Origin: Patescibacteria group bacterium | GTDB taxonomy: Bacteria > Patescibacteriota > JAUYIX01 > JBHPHK01 | Assembly: GCA_042569365.1 (NCBI GenBank) | Contig: JBHPHK010000002.1 | Location: 10,494 to 74,493 of the forward strand | Length of the DNA stretch: 64,000 nt | Direction of reading: 5' to 3' | Shown: positions 1-8,776 of the stretch, piece by piece | How positions within the stretch are numbered: the first letter of the stretch is position 1 | How the letters are laid out: each line of letters starts with the position of its first letter | Notes under the pieces: model-generated | Database searches by the model: none | Seen by the model: only the letters and a program-made list of their open reading frames with translations | What the model was told of the DNA's origin: nothing | Made by a program: the position numbers and the translations under genes

Positions 1-533
1 ACCGCCATCGTAGACGTCTTCCTAGTTATGCGGAAATGCTGAAGCTTTTTGATTTGAAGTCTAAAAACTCGATCTATAAGATAGTCCAACGCTTGAATAA
101 ATTTGGTTATCTTAAACGTGACACAGAAGACAAAATTATCCCTGGAAGTAAGTTTTTCAAAATGGCAGTAAGGGGAACGGTCGAAGCCGGTTTTCCTTCT
201 CCCGCTGAAGAGGAGCTCACCGATGTCATCACATTAGACGAATATTTAATTACCAATCGCAATGCCAGTTTTATCGTAAAGGTCTCTGGAGACTCTATGA
301 TCGAAGCGGGCATTAATCAAGGAGATCTTGTAATCGTCGAAAGAGGCAGGCAGCCGATCAACGGCGATATTGTGGTGGCCCAAGTCGATGACGAATGGAC
401 GCTTAAGCGCTATGAAAAGCAGGGCCAGCAAATCACACTCTATCCCGCTAATAAAAAATACAAACCCATCAAGCCGCAGGCAGAATTGCAGATCGACGGA
501 GTCGTCGTAGGCCAAGTCCGTAAATATAAATAA
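1..533 (+). CDS. lexA: LexA transcriptional repressor, 5'-truncated by the window edge; the frame is open upstream of the first ATG at 36
   Basis: End of a winged HTH (PSYAEMLKLFDL...KIVQRLNKFGYLKR). Ala-Gly autocleavage site (VEAG). S24 peptidase Ser/Lys dyad (VSGDSM...TLKRY). Followed at a 1-nt gap by dinB. Confidence 0.85.
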   Translation, partial: RHRRRLPSYAEMLKLFDLKSKNSIYKIVQRLNKFGYLKRDTEDKIIPGSKFFKMAVRGTVEAGFPSPAEEELTDVITLDEYLITNRNASFIVKVSGDSMIEAGINQGDLVIVERGRQPINGDIVVAQVDDEWTLKRYEKQGQQITLYPANKKYKPIKPQAELQIDGVVVGQVRKYK

Positions 534-534
534 G

Positions 535-1845
535 ATGTTTTTCTATCCGAAGCATGAACATAGAGTCATTGCGCATGTTGATGCGGATGCCTTTTTTGCG
601 TCATGCGAACAGGCGCTTCATCCCGAACTCAAAGGCCGGCCTGTTATCACTGGCAAGGAAAGAGGTATCGTATCTGCGGCTAGTTATGAGGCTAAGGCAT
701 TAGGGATCAAGCGCGGTGTCCCGCTTCAGGACGTCAAGAAAATATGTCCAGACGCCGTTATTTTACCCTCAGATTATGAGAATTATAGCCTCTTTTCTAA
801 GCGTATGTTTGACGTTTTAAGGCGTTATTCACCGTCTGTAGAGGAGTATTCAATAGATGAGGCATTCGTGGACCTAACAGGCCTCAGGCGCCCTCTCAAT
901 AAGACCTATCTCGAGATGGGCCAAACCTTCCAGCAAGACATAGAGAACGAACTGGGGATTACAGTTTCGGTTGGGATTTCGACTTCGAAGGTTTTAGCGA
1001 AGCTTGCCTCTAAGTGGAACAAGCCCAACGGCTTTCTGTATATCTCGCGCCGAGACATCGATCAGTATCTTGGCAAAGTTACGATCGACAAGGTCTGGGG
1101 GATCGGGCCGCAGACTACCAACTTTCTTCTCAAGCAAAACATCAAAACTCCATTGGATTTTATTAAGCGTCCAGAAGAATGGATCCGAAAGAATCTTACT
1201 AAGCCTCATCAAGAGATCTGGGAAGAGCTAAATGGCGACAGTGTCTATAATGTGGAGGCAGAGCTCAAGGAAAAGTACCAGACCATCACCAAAACCAAGA
1301 CTTTCACGCCCGCGACCAGTGACCCGGTCTATGTCTTCGGGCAGCTTTCCAAAAATATAGAAAACGCCTGCATCAAAGCGCGCCGCTACAAACTAGGCAC
1401 CAAGCGCATCAGTATTTTCTTAAAGGACCAGGAATATAACTTCGCCGGAATGCAATCGACCTTAAGTCGGAACACGGCCTATCCAAAAGACATCATGCAG
1501 ATCGCCCGCAAAATGTTTGAACAAGTTTATTGCTCAAGTAAGAGATATAGAGCGACCGGAGTTTTGTTACATGACTTAGATTCATTAGAAAGTTTGCAAC
1601 TCAATTTATTTGAAACTCCGATCCAGGTCAAAAAACAAGAACACATCTTCGAGTCGATCGATGAACTCTCCAAGCGTTTTGGCAAGCACACAGTTTTCCT
1701 AGGTAGTAGTTTTCCGGTCCACACTAAGCCAGATCGTAGATACACAGAGCGTCTCCCACAAAACAACAACGAAAAAATACGCCGCCAAGAGGGCGGACGA
1801 CGTAAATTCATCGGATTGCCGGTATTAGACGTAGAGATTCGCTAA
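535..1845 (+). CDS. dinB: DNA polymerase IV (Y-family translesion polymerase)
   Basis: N-terminus IAHVDADAFFASCEQ, SIDEAFVDLTG, VGISTSKVLAKLASKWNKPNGF. An internal beta-clamp-type motif QLNLF is followed by an extra ~75-aa basic tail. The ATG lies 1 nt after the lexA stop. Confidence 0.9.
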   Translation: MFFYPKHEHRVIAHVDADAFFASCEQALHPELKGRPVITGKERGIVSAASYEAKALGIKRGVPLQDVKKICPDAVILPSDYENYSLFSKRMFDVLRRYSPSVEEYSIDEAFVDLTGLRRPLNKTYLEMGQTFQQDIENELGITVSVGISTSKVLAKLASKWNKPNGFLYISRRDIDQYLGKVTIDKVWGIGPQTTNFLLKQNIKTPLDFIKRPEEWIRKNLTKPHQEIWEELNGDSVYNVEAELKEKYQTITKTKTFTPATSDPVYVFGQLSKNIENACIKARRYKLGTKRISIFLKDQEYNFAGMQSTLSRNTAYPKDIMQIARKMFEQVYCSSKRYRATGVLLHDLDSLESLQLNLFETPIQVKKQEHIFESIDELSKRFGKHTVFLGSSFPVHTKPDRRYTERLPQNNNEKIRRQEGGRRKFIGLPVLDVEIR

Positions 1846-2510
1846 TATTTAATAGGTTTTATTAAATCAGCACTATTATTGCGCGGATTATTGACCGCAT
1901 CCGAGATGGCATGGGTCTCTAGGTTTTTTGTTTTATGCGGACTTAATATTTTCTTGATCACATCATCGGGAGTCTCGAGATCCAGCCAGAGTTCCTCATC
2001 AGCTTTATCTAAAATGGCCGGCATCCTATCATGCACCGGCTTCATGATTATATTTGCGCCGGTAGTAACGAGTGTAAAACTTTCAAGCTTGTGGCCCTGT
2101 TCATTCTCCCAAATATCATAGAGGCCCGCTATAGACATCAGACGATCTAGTTTATCGTGGAAATAATATGGGGTTTTAGCGCCATTTCGTTGCTGCCATT
2201 CATAAAAACCTGTCACAGGCACTAGGCAGCGTTTAGAGCGGTAGGGCTGACGAAAGGCAGGACTGGATTCAATGGTTTCAAAGCGCGCATTTATTGTGCT
2301 GTACTGTGTTTTAGGCTCTTTAGACCAGTGGGGCACCAAGCCCCAAAGCATTGAGTCTGCCACATTCTTGTCATTGTTATCGCGATGCACGATCGGATGT
2401 TTCTGTCCGGGCGTGATATTATAATTCTTCTCAAAATTAATTTCACGCGCAAGTTGATAGCGCTTCGTAAACTCTTCGGGTGATTCAGTTAAGACTATTC
2501 GTCCGCACAT
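1842..2510 (-). CDS. yedK: SOS-response-associated peptidase (SRAP / YedK / HMCES family, abasic-site DNA-protein crosslink protein)
   Basis: MCGR(I) with the catalytic Cys at position 2, WGLVPHW, INARFET, RCLVPVTGFYEW, VHDRMP, and a C-terminal ISDAVNNPRNNSADLIKPI, all matching E. coli YedK. The start was moved to the MCGR Met at 2510 (the track ORF extends to 2537). Its stop overlaps the dinB stop. Confidence 0.85.
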   Translation of the reverse strand: MCGRIVLTESPEEFTKRYQLAREINFEKNYNITPGQKHPIVHRDNNDKNVADSMLWGLVPHWSKEPKTQYSTINARFETIESSPAFRQPYRSKRCLVPVTGFYEWQQRNGAKTPYYFHDKLDRLMSIAGLYDIWENEQGHKLESFTLVTTGANIIMKPVHDRMPAILDKADEELWLDLETPDDVIKKILSPHKTKNLETHAISDAVNNPRNNSADLIKPIKY

Positions 2511-2547
2511 ATATCTATTGTAGCTTTTTTCAGACAAACAAAAAACC

Positions 2548-2570
2548 TGTCGAATAGCGACAGGTTCCGA
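2548..2570. promoter_or_regulatory. Perfect palindrome AACCTGTCG-N5-CGACAGGTT that serves as an intrinsic terminator of the CHAP gene and is a candidate operator for the SRAP gene
   Basis: 9-bp perfect arms. On the minus strand the hairpin is followed by TTTTTTGTTTG. It lies ~38 nt upstream of the SRAP start codon and contains CTGT-N9-ACAG. Confidence 0.5.
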
Positions 2571-2577
2571 TTAAATA

Positions 2578-3501
2578 TTAGTAAATGTAGCCTTTGATTA
2601 CGCCGCTAGATACTGAAAGCGTACGACGGCTGATAACGCCAAAGCCGGAATAGTTCATTTCGGCTAGGTGGAGCATTCCGCCCGAGACCTTCTCGACGAC
2701 GGCAACATGGCCCCATCCACTTTCACGAGTAACCACGATCGAATTAGCACGCGGCGTGCTACCGGTCATATAGCCAGCGCTACGAGCACCGGAAAGCCAG
2801 GTGCCCGCATTACCGCCCCAAGGAATATGAAAACGAGTTGCAACATACCAGGTGCACCAACCCCAAGAGAAACGATTGTAGCCGTTGTAGGGAGTAAGGT
2901 AACGTGAACCAGCAGGCGCACTGGATACTACAGCCGATGCTGCAGAAAAAGAGCTTGTGCGGACAGCGGTGTAGCTGCGACGGGCGCGGGCAGCTGCTAA
3001 CTCAGCTTCGCGAGCTTTCTTAGCGGCGGCTTCACGAGCAGCCTCTTCTTTAGCGCGCGTATCAAATGTTTCGATGATATATGGTTTAAGAGTCGTGCCA
3101 TTGATTAGGCTGGCAAGCGTTTGACGATCAGAACTGTCGCCAGTCTGCCAATCCTCATTAATGGATTGTAGGGACTGTAGAGCAAGATACTGTGCAGTTT
3201 CGTTGTCGAGTTCAGTAACGATAGCCTTTTCAGTAATTAAAAATATATCAGCATTCTTAGATATCGCAATAACAGGGGTAGCCGTTAGAGGCACAACGCC
3301 CAAAGCGGTAACCGCAATACCGAGGTAGAGCGGGCGGATCTGACGACGAAAATTATGTCGCACGTGCGAAATTTTCTGAGAAACTTTGGCAAACCAGATC
3401 TTTTGACTTAGTTTGCGCCAAGTTATAGTTGTATAAATTTGACTGAGAACTAGTTTGAGAGCGCGTTGTGCTTCTCGATAGTTCGTGATCAAGTTGTTCA
3501 C
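2578..3501 (-). CDS. CHAP-domain peptidoglycan amidase/peptidase, membrane-anchored
   Basis: N-terminal TM segment (LYLGIAVTALGVVPL), an Ala-rich coiled stretch, and a C-terminal CHAP signature WGWCTWYV...GHVAVVE. Confidence 0.7.
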   Translation of the reverse strand: MNNLITNYREAQRALKLVLSQIYTTITWRKLSQKIWFAKVSQKISHVRHNFRRQIRPLYLGIAVTALGVVPLTATPVIAISKNADIFLITEKAIVTELDNETAQYLALQSLQSINEDWQTGDSSDRQTLASLINGTTLKPYIIETFDTRAKEEAAREAAAKKAREAELAAARARRSYTAVRTSSFSAASAVVSSAPAGSRYLTPYNGYNRFSWGWCTWYVATRFHIPWGGNAGTWLSGARSAGYMTGSTPRANSIVVTRESGWGHVAVVEKVSGGMLHLAEMNYSGFGVISRRTLSVSSGVIKGYIY

Positions 3502-3691
3502 AAAAGTGATAAGTAAATACTAGGCTCGTGCATAAATCCTGATTATCTGGGCAAGCAAAAAAGGCTTATAAAAGCCTTTCTACATATGTGCACCAAGTGT
3601 TTCAGAATTTAAGTCGAGCTTATAGGCTATCACTTATCGCGATTTCGGTCAAGCTATCTTTGTCAAAATATGTCAACACATACTAAAAATA

Positions 3692-3707
3692 GGCTCTATA
3701 GAGCCTA
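3692..3707 (-). terminator. Intrinsic terminator of the M23 peptidase gene
   Basis: Perfect palindrome AGGCTCTA/TAGAGCCT, followed on the minus strand by ATTTTTAG. Confidence 0.45.
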
Positions 3708-3736
3708 TTGCAACACTTCTAGAAATCAGTGATTTT

Positions 3737-5110
3737 CTAGAGATAACCCAGAGGGTTGCGCGTGCTGCCATTTACGATAACTTCGAAGTGCAAGTGCGTT
3801 CCGGTGCTCCAACCTGTCGATCCACACATTCCAACGATTTGGCCACGCCCGACACGCTGTCCATTTGAGATTCTAAAGCTTGATAAGTGGGCGTAACGCG
3901 TCACAATTCCGTTGTCATGGCGAATAGTAAGCTGGTAGCCATAGCCACCATACCAGCCGCGGGATGTAACCACGCCTCCGTCGGCTGCGTTGATCGTGTT
4001 GCCGTATTTACATTCAATGTCGATACCGGTATGACCCCAGTGATAATACTGGTTGATCATGCGACTGTGGTTGGTTGGCCAGGTGAAACGTCCGGTGCTG
4101 GCTGTACTTCCAGAATAACTTGAAGAGCCTGAATAAGGACTGCGATAGGCAGTGGCGGTGCTGACTATTGGCTTAGGCTTAGGAGGCGCTGGCATTGTTC
4201 CGCCCGGTACGACAATCGCCTTGCCGATCACTAAGGATCCGCCTCCGCGCAGGTTGTTCATAGGCAGCTGGAGAATACGTTCTTTGTTGGCCTTATATTT
4301 ACTAGCAATCGCACTTAAGCTATCACCTTTCTTAACGACATGACGCACACCGTCAACTGGCAAGATCCAGATCGCCTTTCCGGCCTTCAGGGTACTTTTG
4401 GAATTTAAGCCATTGGCCCACATCACTGTAGTCGCTTTTAGGTCAAATTTACTAGCAATGCCTGTAATAGTATCTCCAGGCAAGACAGTGTATCCAAACG
4501 GCATAGAGCGTTCGCTGTTGGAGCGCGTTGTCTGGATCATCTGCGGCTTCATAGTCGTTCCACTGCTATTGATGATCGGAATAACTTGACCTTCCTGATA
4601 TTCCTGGTCAGTCTGAATGATCTCAGGAGTCTTCTGGGCGTTGGTTGCGTCGATCGCCAGAGCAATAAAAGCGGCTGTGCCTTTGCCGTAATCGCTTTCC
4701 ACATCACCCGCAACGCTGTTTGTGTCGATAGTCTCTGTGACTAGTGTCTCGGCAGGATCAGTTGAGAACAGCTCCGTAATAATTGAATATTGTTTAAATG
4801 AACGGTCGATTTGAGCGTTCTCGTCGCCGCGTACGTTGTTGGCCATCACCAAGAGGGCGGCCGCAATCAAAACTGTATGCAGCGCAATCGTCATCGGCAG
4901 CTTGATTTGCACTTTGCGCAAGCCCCAGAAAAGATAGCGCATAACAAAAAGCAGAACGCCACCAGCTCTAGCTAAGATATGCGCTTCACGGTTAACCTCA
5001 TGATGAGGACGTGGAGCAACTTCTCTCTTCTCCTTTTCAGCACGCCTAAGCCAGCTTAAGGGAGAGAGGATTTTAGATTTTGTTTGTTTTTCCGAAGAAA
5101 AAGGTGTCAT
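3737..5110 (-). CDS. M23 (LytM-type) metallopeptidase with two LysM domains and an N-terminal TM anchor
   Basis: LysM motifs YTVLPGDTITGIASKF and HVVKKGDSLSAIASKY. C-terminal M23 motifs GHTGIDI...HLHFEV. Confidence 0.85.
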   Translation of the reverse strand: MTPFSSEKQTKSKILSPLSWLRRAEKEKREVAPRPHHEVNREAHILARAGGVLLFVMRYLFWGLRKVQIKLPMTIALHTVLIAAALLVMANNVRGDENAQIDRSFKQYSIITELFSTDPAETLVTETIDTNSVAGDVESDYGKGTAAFIALAIDATNAQKTPEIIQTDQEYQEGQVIPIINSSGTTMKPQMIQTTRSNSERSMPFGYTVLPGDTITGIASKFDLKATTVMWANGLNSKSTLKAGKAIWILPVDGVRHVVKKGDSLSAIASKYKANKERILQLPMNNLRGGGSLVIGKAIVVPGGTMPAPPKPKPIVSTATAYRSPYSGSSSYSGSTASTGRFTWPTNHSRMINQYYHWGHTGIDIECKYGNTINAADGGVVTSRGWYGGYGYQLTIRHDNGIVTRYAHLSSFRISNGQRVGRGQIVGMCGSTGWSTGTHLHFEVIVNGSTRNPLGYL

Positions 5111-5436
5111 GAATTGTGGAGCAAGTTTTTAAGTAAAACTTATTCCGGTTGGGCCTTAGAGTTTGAGCTTAATAAAGCGCAAATAATAGGTTGTACGACA
5201 AAGAATAGCTCAATTACTAGGTCGACATATAGGATACCAAATTTTGGTCCATCTATCAAGGCTTCTTAAAGGGGAAAAAGAAAAGCCCTTAAATAAGGAA
5301 TTAAGGGCTTTAGTGATAACGGTTCTGAACAGAAATCGTTCGCCTTTTTCGCCTGTTCGTGTTATGTTCGGTAGAGGAAAGTGTAACAAAAATATCGGCA
5401 GTTCTACCATAGATCACGTCGATTTTTATTTATTAA

Positions 5437-7602
5437 ATGAACAGTCTCGACTCTCTTAATTCAAAACAAAAGGAGGCAGCGCAGCATAAAGAAGGCCCGC
5501 TCTTGATATTGGCTGGCGCCGGCTCTGGGAAAACCAAAACGCTGACCCATCGCGTTGCCTATTTGATCGAACAAGGGGTGATCAAGCCCTGGAATATTTT
5601 GGCGGTGACATTTACGAACAAGGCGGCGGGGGAGATGCGCGAGCGCGTGCAGGCTTTACTGGATAATCAGAAGGATTCTAAGGAGCGAGGCCCTTTTATC
5701 GGGACTTTTCATGCTTTTTGCGTCCAGGTTTTGCGGCGCGAAGCGGAGGCGATCGGCTATCGGCGCGATTTTGCGATCTTCGATTCGCAGGATCAGTTTA
5801 GTTTGATGAAGCAAGTCTTGAAAGACCAGGGTGTCGACGTGAAACGTTATCATCCGCAAGGAGTATTGCATCATGTCAGCCAGGCCAAGAACGAATTGTT
5901 GACGCCAGACGAAGTTGCCGAAAAAACACAAAGCCCAGCAGAAGAAATTACGGCCGAAGCCTATGAATCCTACCAAGCACGTCTCTTCGAAAGTAATGCA
6001 TTGGATTTTGATGACTTGATCATGCAGACAGTTCTGCTTTTCCGCAAACACCCGGCGGTCCTGGAGAAGTACCAGCGTCGTTTTGAATATTTATTGGTGG
6101 ACGAGTATCAGGACACCAATCATGCGCAGTACACTTTGGTCACCCAGCTTTCTGAGAAGCACCGCAACCTAGCGGTGGTCGGAGACGACTGGCAGAGCAT
6201 CTACGGATGGCGCGGAGCGAACGTTAAGAACATTTTAGAATTTGAAAAAGACTATCCGGACGCCAAGGTCATCAAGCTAGAGCAAAACTACCGCAGTCGC
6301 CAACGCATTCTAGACGCGGCGCACGTAGTGATTGAGGAAAGTGCTCTCAAGACCGATAAAAAACTATGGACTGAGCGGGGCGAGGGCGAAAAGGTGCAGA
6401 TCGTGGAGGCGGCAGATGAGCGCGAGGAGGCGCGGTTTGTTTTGCGGGAGGTGGAGCGCCTGACGATGGAAGAGGCGGAGTATTTCCCGAGCCTTAATTC
6501 TTGTGCCGTGCTTTATCGCACCAACGCGCAGTCCCGTGCTCTGGAAGAGGCTTGTCTGAAAATGAATATTCCCTATCGTCTCGTGGGCGGCGTGCGCTTC
6601 TATGAACGCAAAGAGGTTAAAGACCTGATTGCCTTCTTGAGATTGATGGCGAACCCCAGGGACTTTATATGTTTCCAAAGGATTGTGAATGTACCGGTGC
6701 GCGGGATCGGCAAGGTTACTATTGGCAAGATCAAAGAATGGGCAGCGCAAAATGACAACGACTTAGTGATGGCGTGTCGCATGGCGGCAGAAAGCGGAAG
6801 CTTAGGCAATAAATCCTTGCCGCTTGCTAAGTTTGCAGCGTTGATCGAGCAGGGCAGCAAGTATTCCGAGAAAATGTTTGTCGACAAGCTCTTAGAATGG
6901 ATCATCAAGCAGATTGGATTTGAGCGCATGCTGCGGGACGGATCTGACGAAGGCGAGATGCGCTGGGAAAACGTGCAGGAGCTGATGACCGTTGCTGAGC
7001 AACACCCGGATCTTCAAGAATTCCTTGAAGAGGTCGCGCTGATGTCAGACCAGGATAAGGTCGCGGAAGGCGCGCCAGCTTTGACGCTGATGACTATTCA
7101 TACGGCGAAAGGCCTAGAGTATCCGGCGATCTTCGTCGTCGGAATGGAAGAGGGGATCTTCCCCCACTCGCGTTCTCTCTTTGACCCAGCTGAGCTCGAT
7201 GAAGAGCGGCGCCTGGCTTATGTCGCGATGACGCGCGCCAAGGAGCGGCTCTATCTGATCTACACTCAGCAACGCATGCTTTTTGGAAATATCCAGAGCA
7301 ATCCGCCATCGCGCTTTATTGAAGATCTAGACGATACGGACTTTGAATTTATTGACCTGACGGAAAGCAAGAAGACGCGACATAGTTTTTCTGATTCCAA
7401 TATAGAAGTCGACGACTCAGAATTTATGGAAGACGGCGTAGATGTGATCGAAAATCCTTTTGTCGCAGGGGATCGGGTGTTCCATCAGGAGTTTGGCGAA
7501 GGTATCGTGGGCGATATTGACGACGATGTTATTGAAGTGACGTTTGCTAAAATCGGCACGAAGAAAATTGCCTTAGGCTACGTGCCGCTTAAAAAGCTCT
7601 AA
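5437..7602 (+). CDS. pcrA: UvrD/PcrA-family ATP-dependent DNA helicase
   Basis: Walker A LILAGAGSGKTKTLTHRVAYLI and helicase motifs (VLLVDEYQDTN, YRSRQRIL). UvrD-like C-terminal Tudor tail GDRVFHQEFGEGIV. Confidence 0.9.
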   Translation: MNSLDSLNSKQKEAAQHKEGPLLILAGAGSGKTKTLTHRVAYLIEQGVIKPWNILAVTFTNKAAGEMRERVQALLDNQKDSKERGPFIGTFHAFCVQVLRREAEAIGYRRDFAIFDSQDQFSLMKQVLKDQGVDVKRYHPQGVLHHVSQAKNELLTPDEVAEKTQSPAEEITAEAYESYQARLFESNALDFDDLIMQTVLLFRKHPAVLEKYQRRFEYLLVDEYQDTNHAQYTLVTQLSEKHRNLAVVGDDWQSIYGWRGANVKNILEFEKDYPDAKVIKLEQNYRSRQRILDAAHVVIEESALKTDKKLWTERGEGEKVQIVEAADEREEARFVLREVERLTMEEAEYFPSLNSCAVLYRTNAQSRALEEACLKMNIPYRLVGGVRFYERKEVKDLIAFLRLMANPRDFICFQRIVNVPVRGIGKVTIGKIKEWAAQNDNDLVMACRMAAESGSLGNKSLPLAKFAALIEQGSKYSEKMFVDKLLEWIIKQIGFERMLRDGSDEGEMRWENVQELMTVAEQHPDLQEFLEEVALMSDQDKVAEGAPALTLMTIHTAKGLEYPAIFVVGMEEGIFPHSRSLFDPAELDEERRLAYVAMTRAKERLYLIYTQQRMLFGNIQSNPPSRFIEDLDDTDFEFIDLTESKKTRHSFSDSNIEVDDSEFMEDGVDVIENPFVAGDRVFHQEFGEGIVGDIDDDVIEVTFAKIGTKKIALGYVPLKKL

Positions 7603-7611
7603 GACGAGCCA

Positions 7612-7639
7612 TTGACTTATCCCTATTTTCAAGTATAAT
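7612..7639 (+). promoter_or_regulatory. Sigma70-like promoter for the YabE/RlpA-like gene
   Basis: TTGACT (7612-7617), a 16-nt spacer, then TATAAT (7634-7639), ~50 nt upstream of the start at 7689. Confidence 0.45.
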
Positions 7640-7688
7640 ATTACTGAATTGGCGCTAGAGACTGTAATTTGATGATAGTCGCCTTTCT

Positions 7689-8663
7689 ATGACTACACTT
7701 TCTAACACTCTCAAAAATCAAGTCCTCCAGAGTCTCCTGGCCTTTGTCGTTCTCGTTGCCGGAGGCTTCTTCATATTCGGAAATACGGAAGGGCTCGCCT
7801 ATCAAATCCCGAATTCTTCTCAAGTCTCTATCGTCGACAACGGTTATCTTTTCGGGGTCGAGGCCCAGGATGGCACAGTCGCTGAGCTTCTTACAAACCT
7901 AGGTTATAATATTGCAGATAATGATTTAGTATTTCCGGGTCGTGATGACCGCGTCACGATTGGCACGCGTATTTACATATTTCGTTCCTCGAAAGTGACG
8001 CTAGTAGTTGATGGCAAGTCAACAGAGATCGAGACGCACGCGCGGACTGTTGAAGATCTTTTAAATGAACAAAATATCAAACTAGGAGGTAACGACAAGA
8101 TTGATCCTCCGCTCACCGCGCTCTTGCATGCGCACGACAAGGTTGAAGTGATCCGAGTCAGCACTAAAGAGGTGACCACAGAGGAGGTTGTGGAATTTAC
8201 AACTCAGCATGTCAACGACGACACACTCGCTTTGGGTACGACAAAAGTCAAGCAAGCCGGCAAGAACGGAAAAGTAAAACGAAAATATCTGATCACCTAT
8301 GAAGACGGCAAAGAGGTTGACCGTGAAGTTCTTAAGGAAGAAGTCTTGGAAGAGGCGGTCAAGCAGATCGTCTTGGTCGGAACTAAAATCGAAACAGTTT
8401 ACGGAGGTACAGGTGTTGCCAGCTGGTACTTCGACTACACGAACAGTTATTGTTCTTCCTCATGTGCGGCACACCGCACTTTACCGAAGGGCACGCGCGT
8501 CAAAGTGACCAATACCGCTAACGGTAAAAGCGTAATCGTTACGATCAACGACCGTGGACCGCAAAGTCCAAGTCGCATCATCGATCTGGGCCGAACTCCG
8601 TTCTCAAAGATTGGATCTTTAAGTGCAGGACTGATCACAGTCAGGCTTGATGTGATCCAATAG
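7689..8663 (+). CDS. YabE-like cell-wall protein with DUF348, G5 and RlpA-like double-psi beta-barrel (3D) domains
   Basis: N-terminal TM. G5-like block KVKQAGKNGKVKRKYLITYEDGKEV. The C-terminus ASWYF...CAAHRTLPKGTRVKVTNTANGKSVIVTINDRGP...RIIDL matches the RlpA DPBB. Confidence 0.7.
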   Translation: MTTLSNTLKNQVLQSLLAFVVLVAGGFFIFGNTEGLAYQIPNSSQVSIVDNGYLFGVEAQDGTVAELLTNLGYNIADNDLVFPGRDDRVTIGTRIYIFRSSKVTLVVDGKSTEIETHARTVEDLLNEQNIKLGGNDKIDPPLTALLHAHDKVEVIRVSTKEVTTEEVVEFTTQHVNDDTLALGTTKVKQAGKNGKVKRKYLITYEDGKEVDREVLKEEVLEEAVKQIVLVGTKIETVYGGTGVASWYFDYTNSYCSSSCAAHRTLPKGTRVKVTNTANGKSVIVTINDRGPQSPSRIIDLGRTPFSKIGSLSAGLITVRLDVIQ

Positions 8664-8681
8664 TTTTCATAAAAGAAAAGC

Positions 8682-8710
8682 AAAACAGCTTAATAACTAG
8701 GCTGTTTTTT
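8682..8710. terminator. Bidirectional intrinsic terminator between convergent genes
   Basis: AAAACAGC-N11-GCTGTTTTTT hairpin with an A-run on one side and a T-run on the other. Confidence 0.5.
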
Positions 8711-8776
8711 GATAGCTTAAAGTTTCGTTGATCAACATTTTATAAGGAGAAATATCCTATTTATCTCGATAATATT

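Noticed and set aside
2511-2537. Nine extra N-terminal codons on the SRAP ORF (MSEKSYNRY before MCGR)
   Set aside because: SRAP catalysis requires Cys at position 2 after Met removal, and MCGR at 2510 is the conserved family start.
5330-5360. GTTCG...GTTCG repeat upstream of pcrA, considered as a Cheo-type LexA box
   Set aside because: The half-sites are direct rather than inverted (GTTCGtgttatGTTCG), so it does not match GAAC-N4-GTTC.
5111-5436. Small ORFs (61-71 aa) in the divergent promoter region between the M23 gene and pcrA
   Set aside because: They overlap each other in different frames and carry no features. The region is better explained as a promoter/UTR.
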